Shown piece after piece: positions 63,907 to 64,000 of a DNA stretch of 64,000 nt; the stretch's first letter is position 1; each line of letters begins with the position of its first letter. Made by a program: the position numbers and the translations under genes. Under the pieces are notes generated by a model, which was not told the origin of the DNA, made no database searches, and was given only the letters and a program-made list of their open reading frames with translations. Source of the DNA: Camelus dromedarius. Its lineage: Eukaryota. The stretch spans positions 8,494,001 to 8,558,000 of the forward strand of contig NC_087437.1 in the NCBI RefSeq assembly GCF_036321535.1, in the 5' to 3' direction.

Positions 63907-64000
63907 GGGAGAATTGACTGGGGAGAAAAATCAACTCCTACTATTGTTCCAGAGGCATTGCTCCAGCTAGGAAAGAATTCAATCTCTGAAGATCTGGCAG

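Noticed and set aside
1..64000. CRISPR array, operon or other prokaryote-type system
   Set aside because: Sequence is mammalian and repeat-rich, with no regularly spaced repeats and no long ORFs.

Overview
AT-rich, CpG-depleted mammalian genomic DNA, most likely camelid (alpaca/llama/camel). The assignment rests on two copies of a tRNA-derived SINE resembling the camelid vic-1 family, and no Alu or Bov-tA/Bov-A2 copies were recognised. I recognise no host protein-coding exon, rRNA, functional tRNA, CRISPR array or prokaryote-type system. The only ORFs with recognisable homology are LINE-1 ORF2 C-terminal and ORF1 remnants. The window looks like a large intron or intergenic tract built from layered transposon fossils: more than 15 5'-truncated L1 3' ends (many with readable target-site duplications, TSDs), older L1M pieces, MIR, L2, hAT MITEs, MaLR/ERVL LTRs and an ERV1-type solo LTR. 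The most interesting structures are a short L1 3' transduction (7.3-7.5 kb), an ancient 5'-inverted L1 with a younger L1 nested in it (32 kb), a young L1 inside a solo LTR (34-35 kb), a possible SINE-L1 chimera (49.2-50.0 kb), a dense transcription-factor motif cluster (33.1 kb) and a CpG-undepleted patch at the right end. Repeat family names come from my recall of consensus sequences, not a database search. Boundaries without TSDs are approximate. I found no convincing novel biological system.
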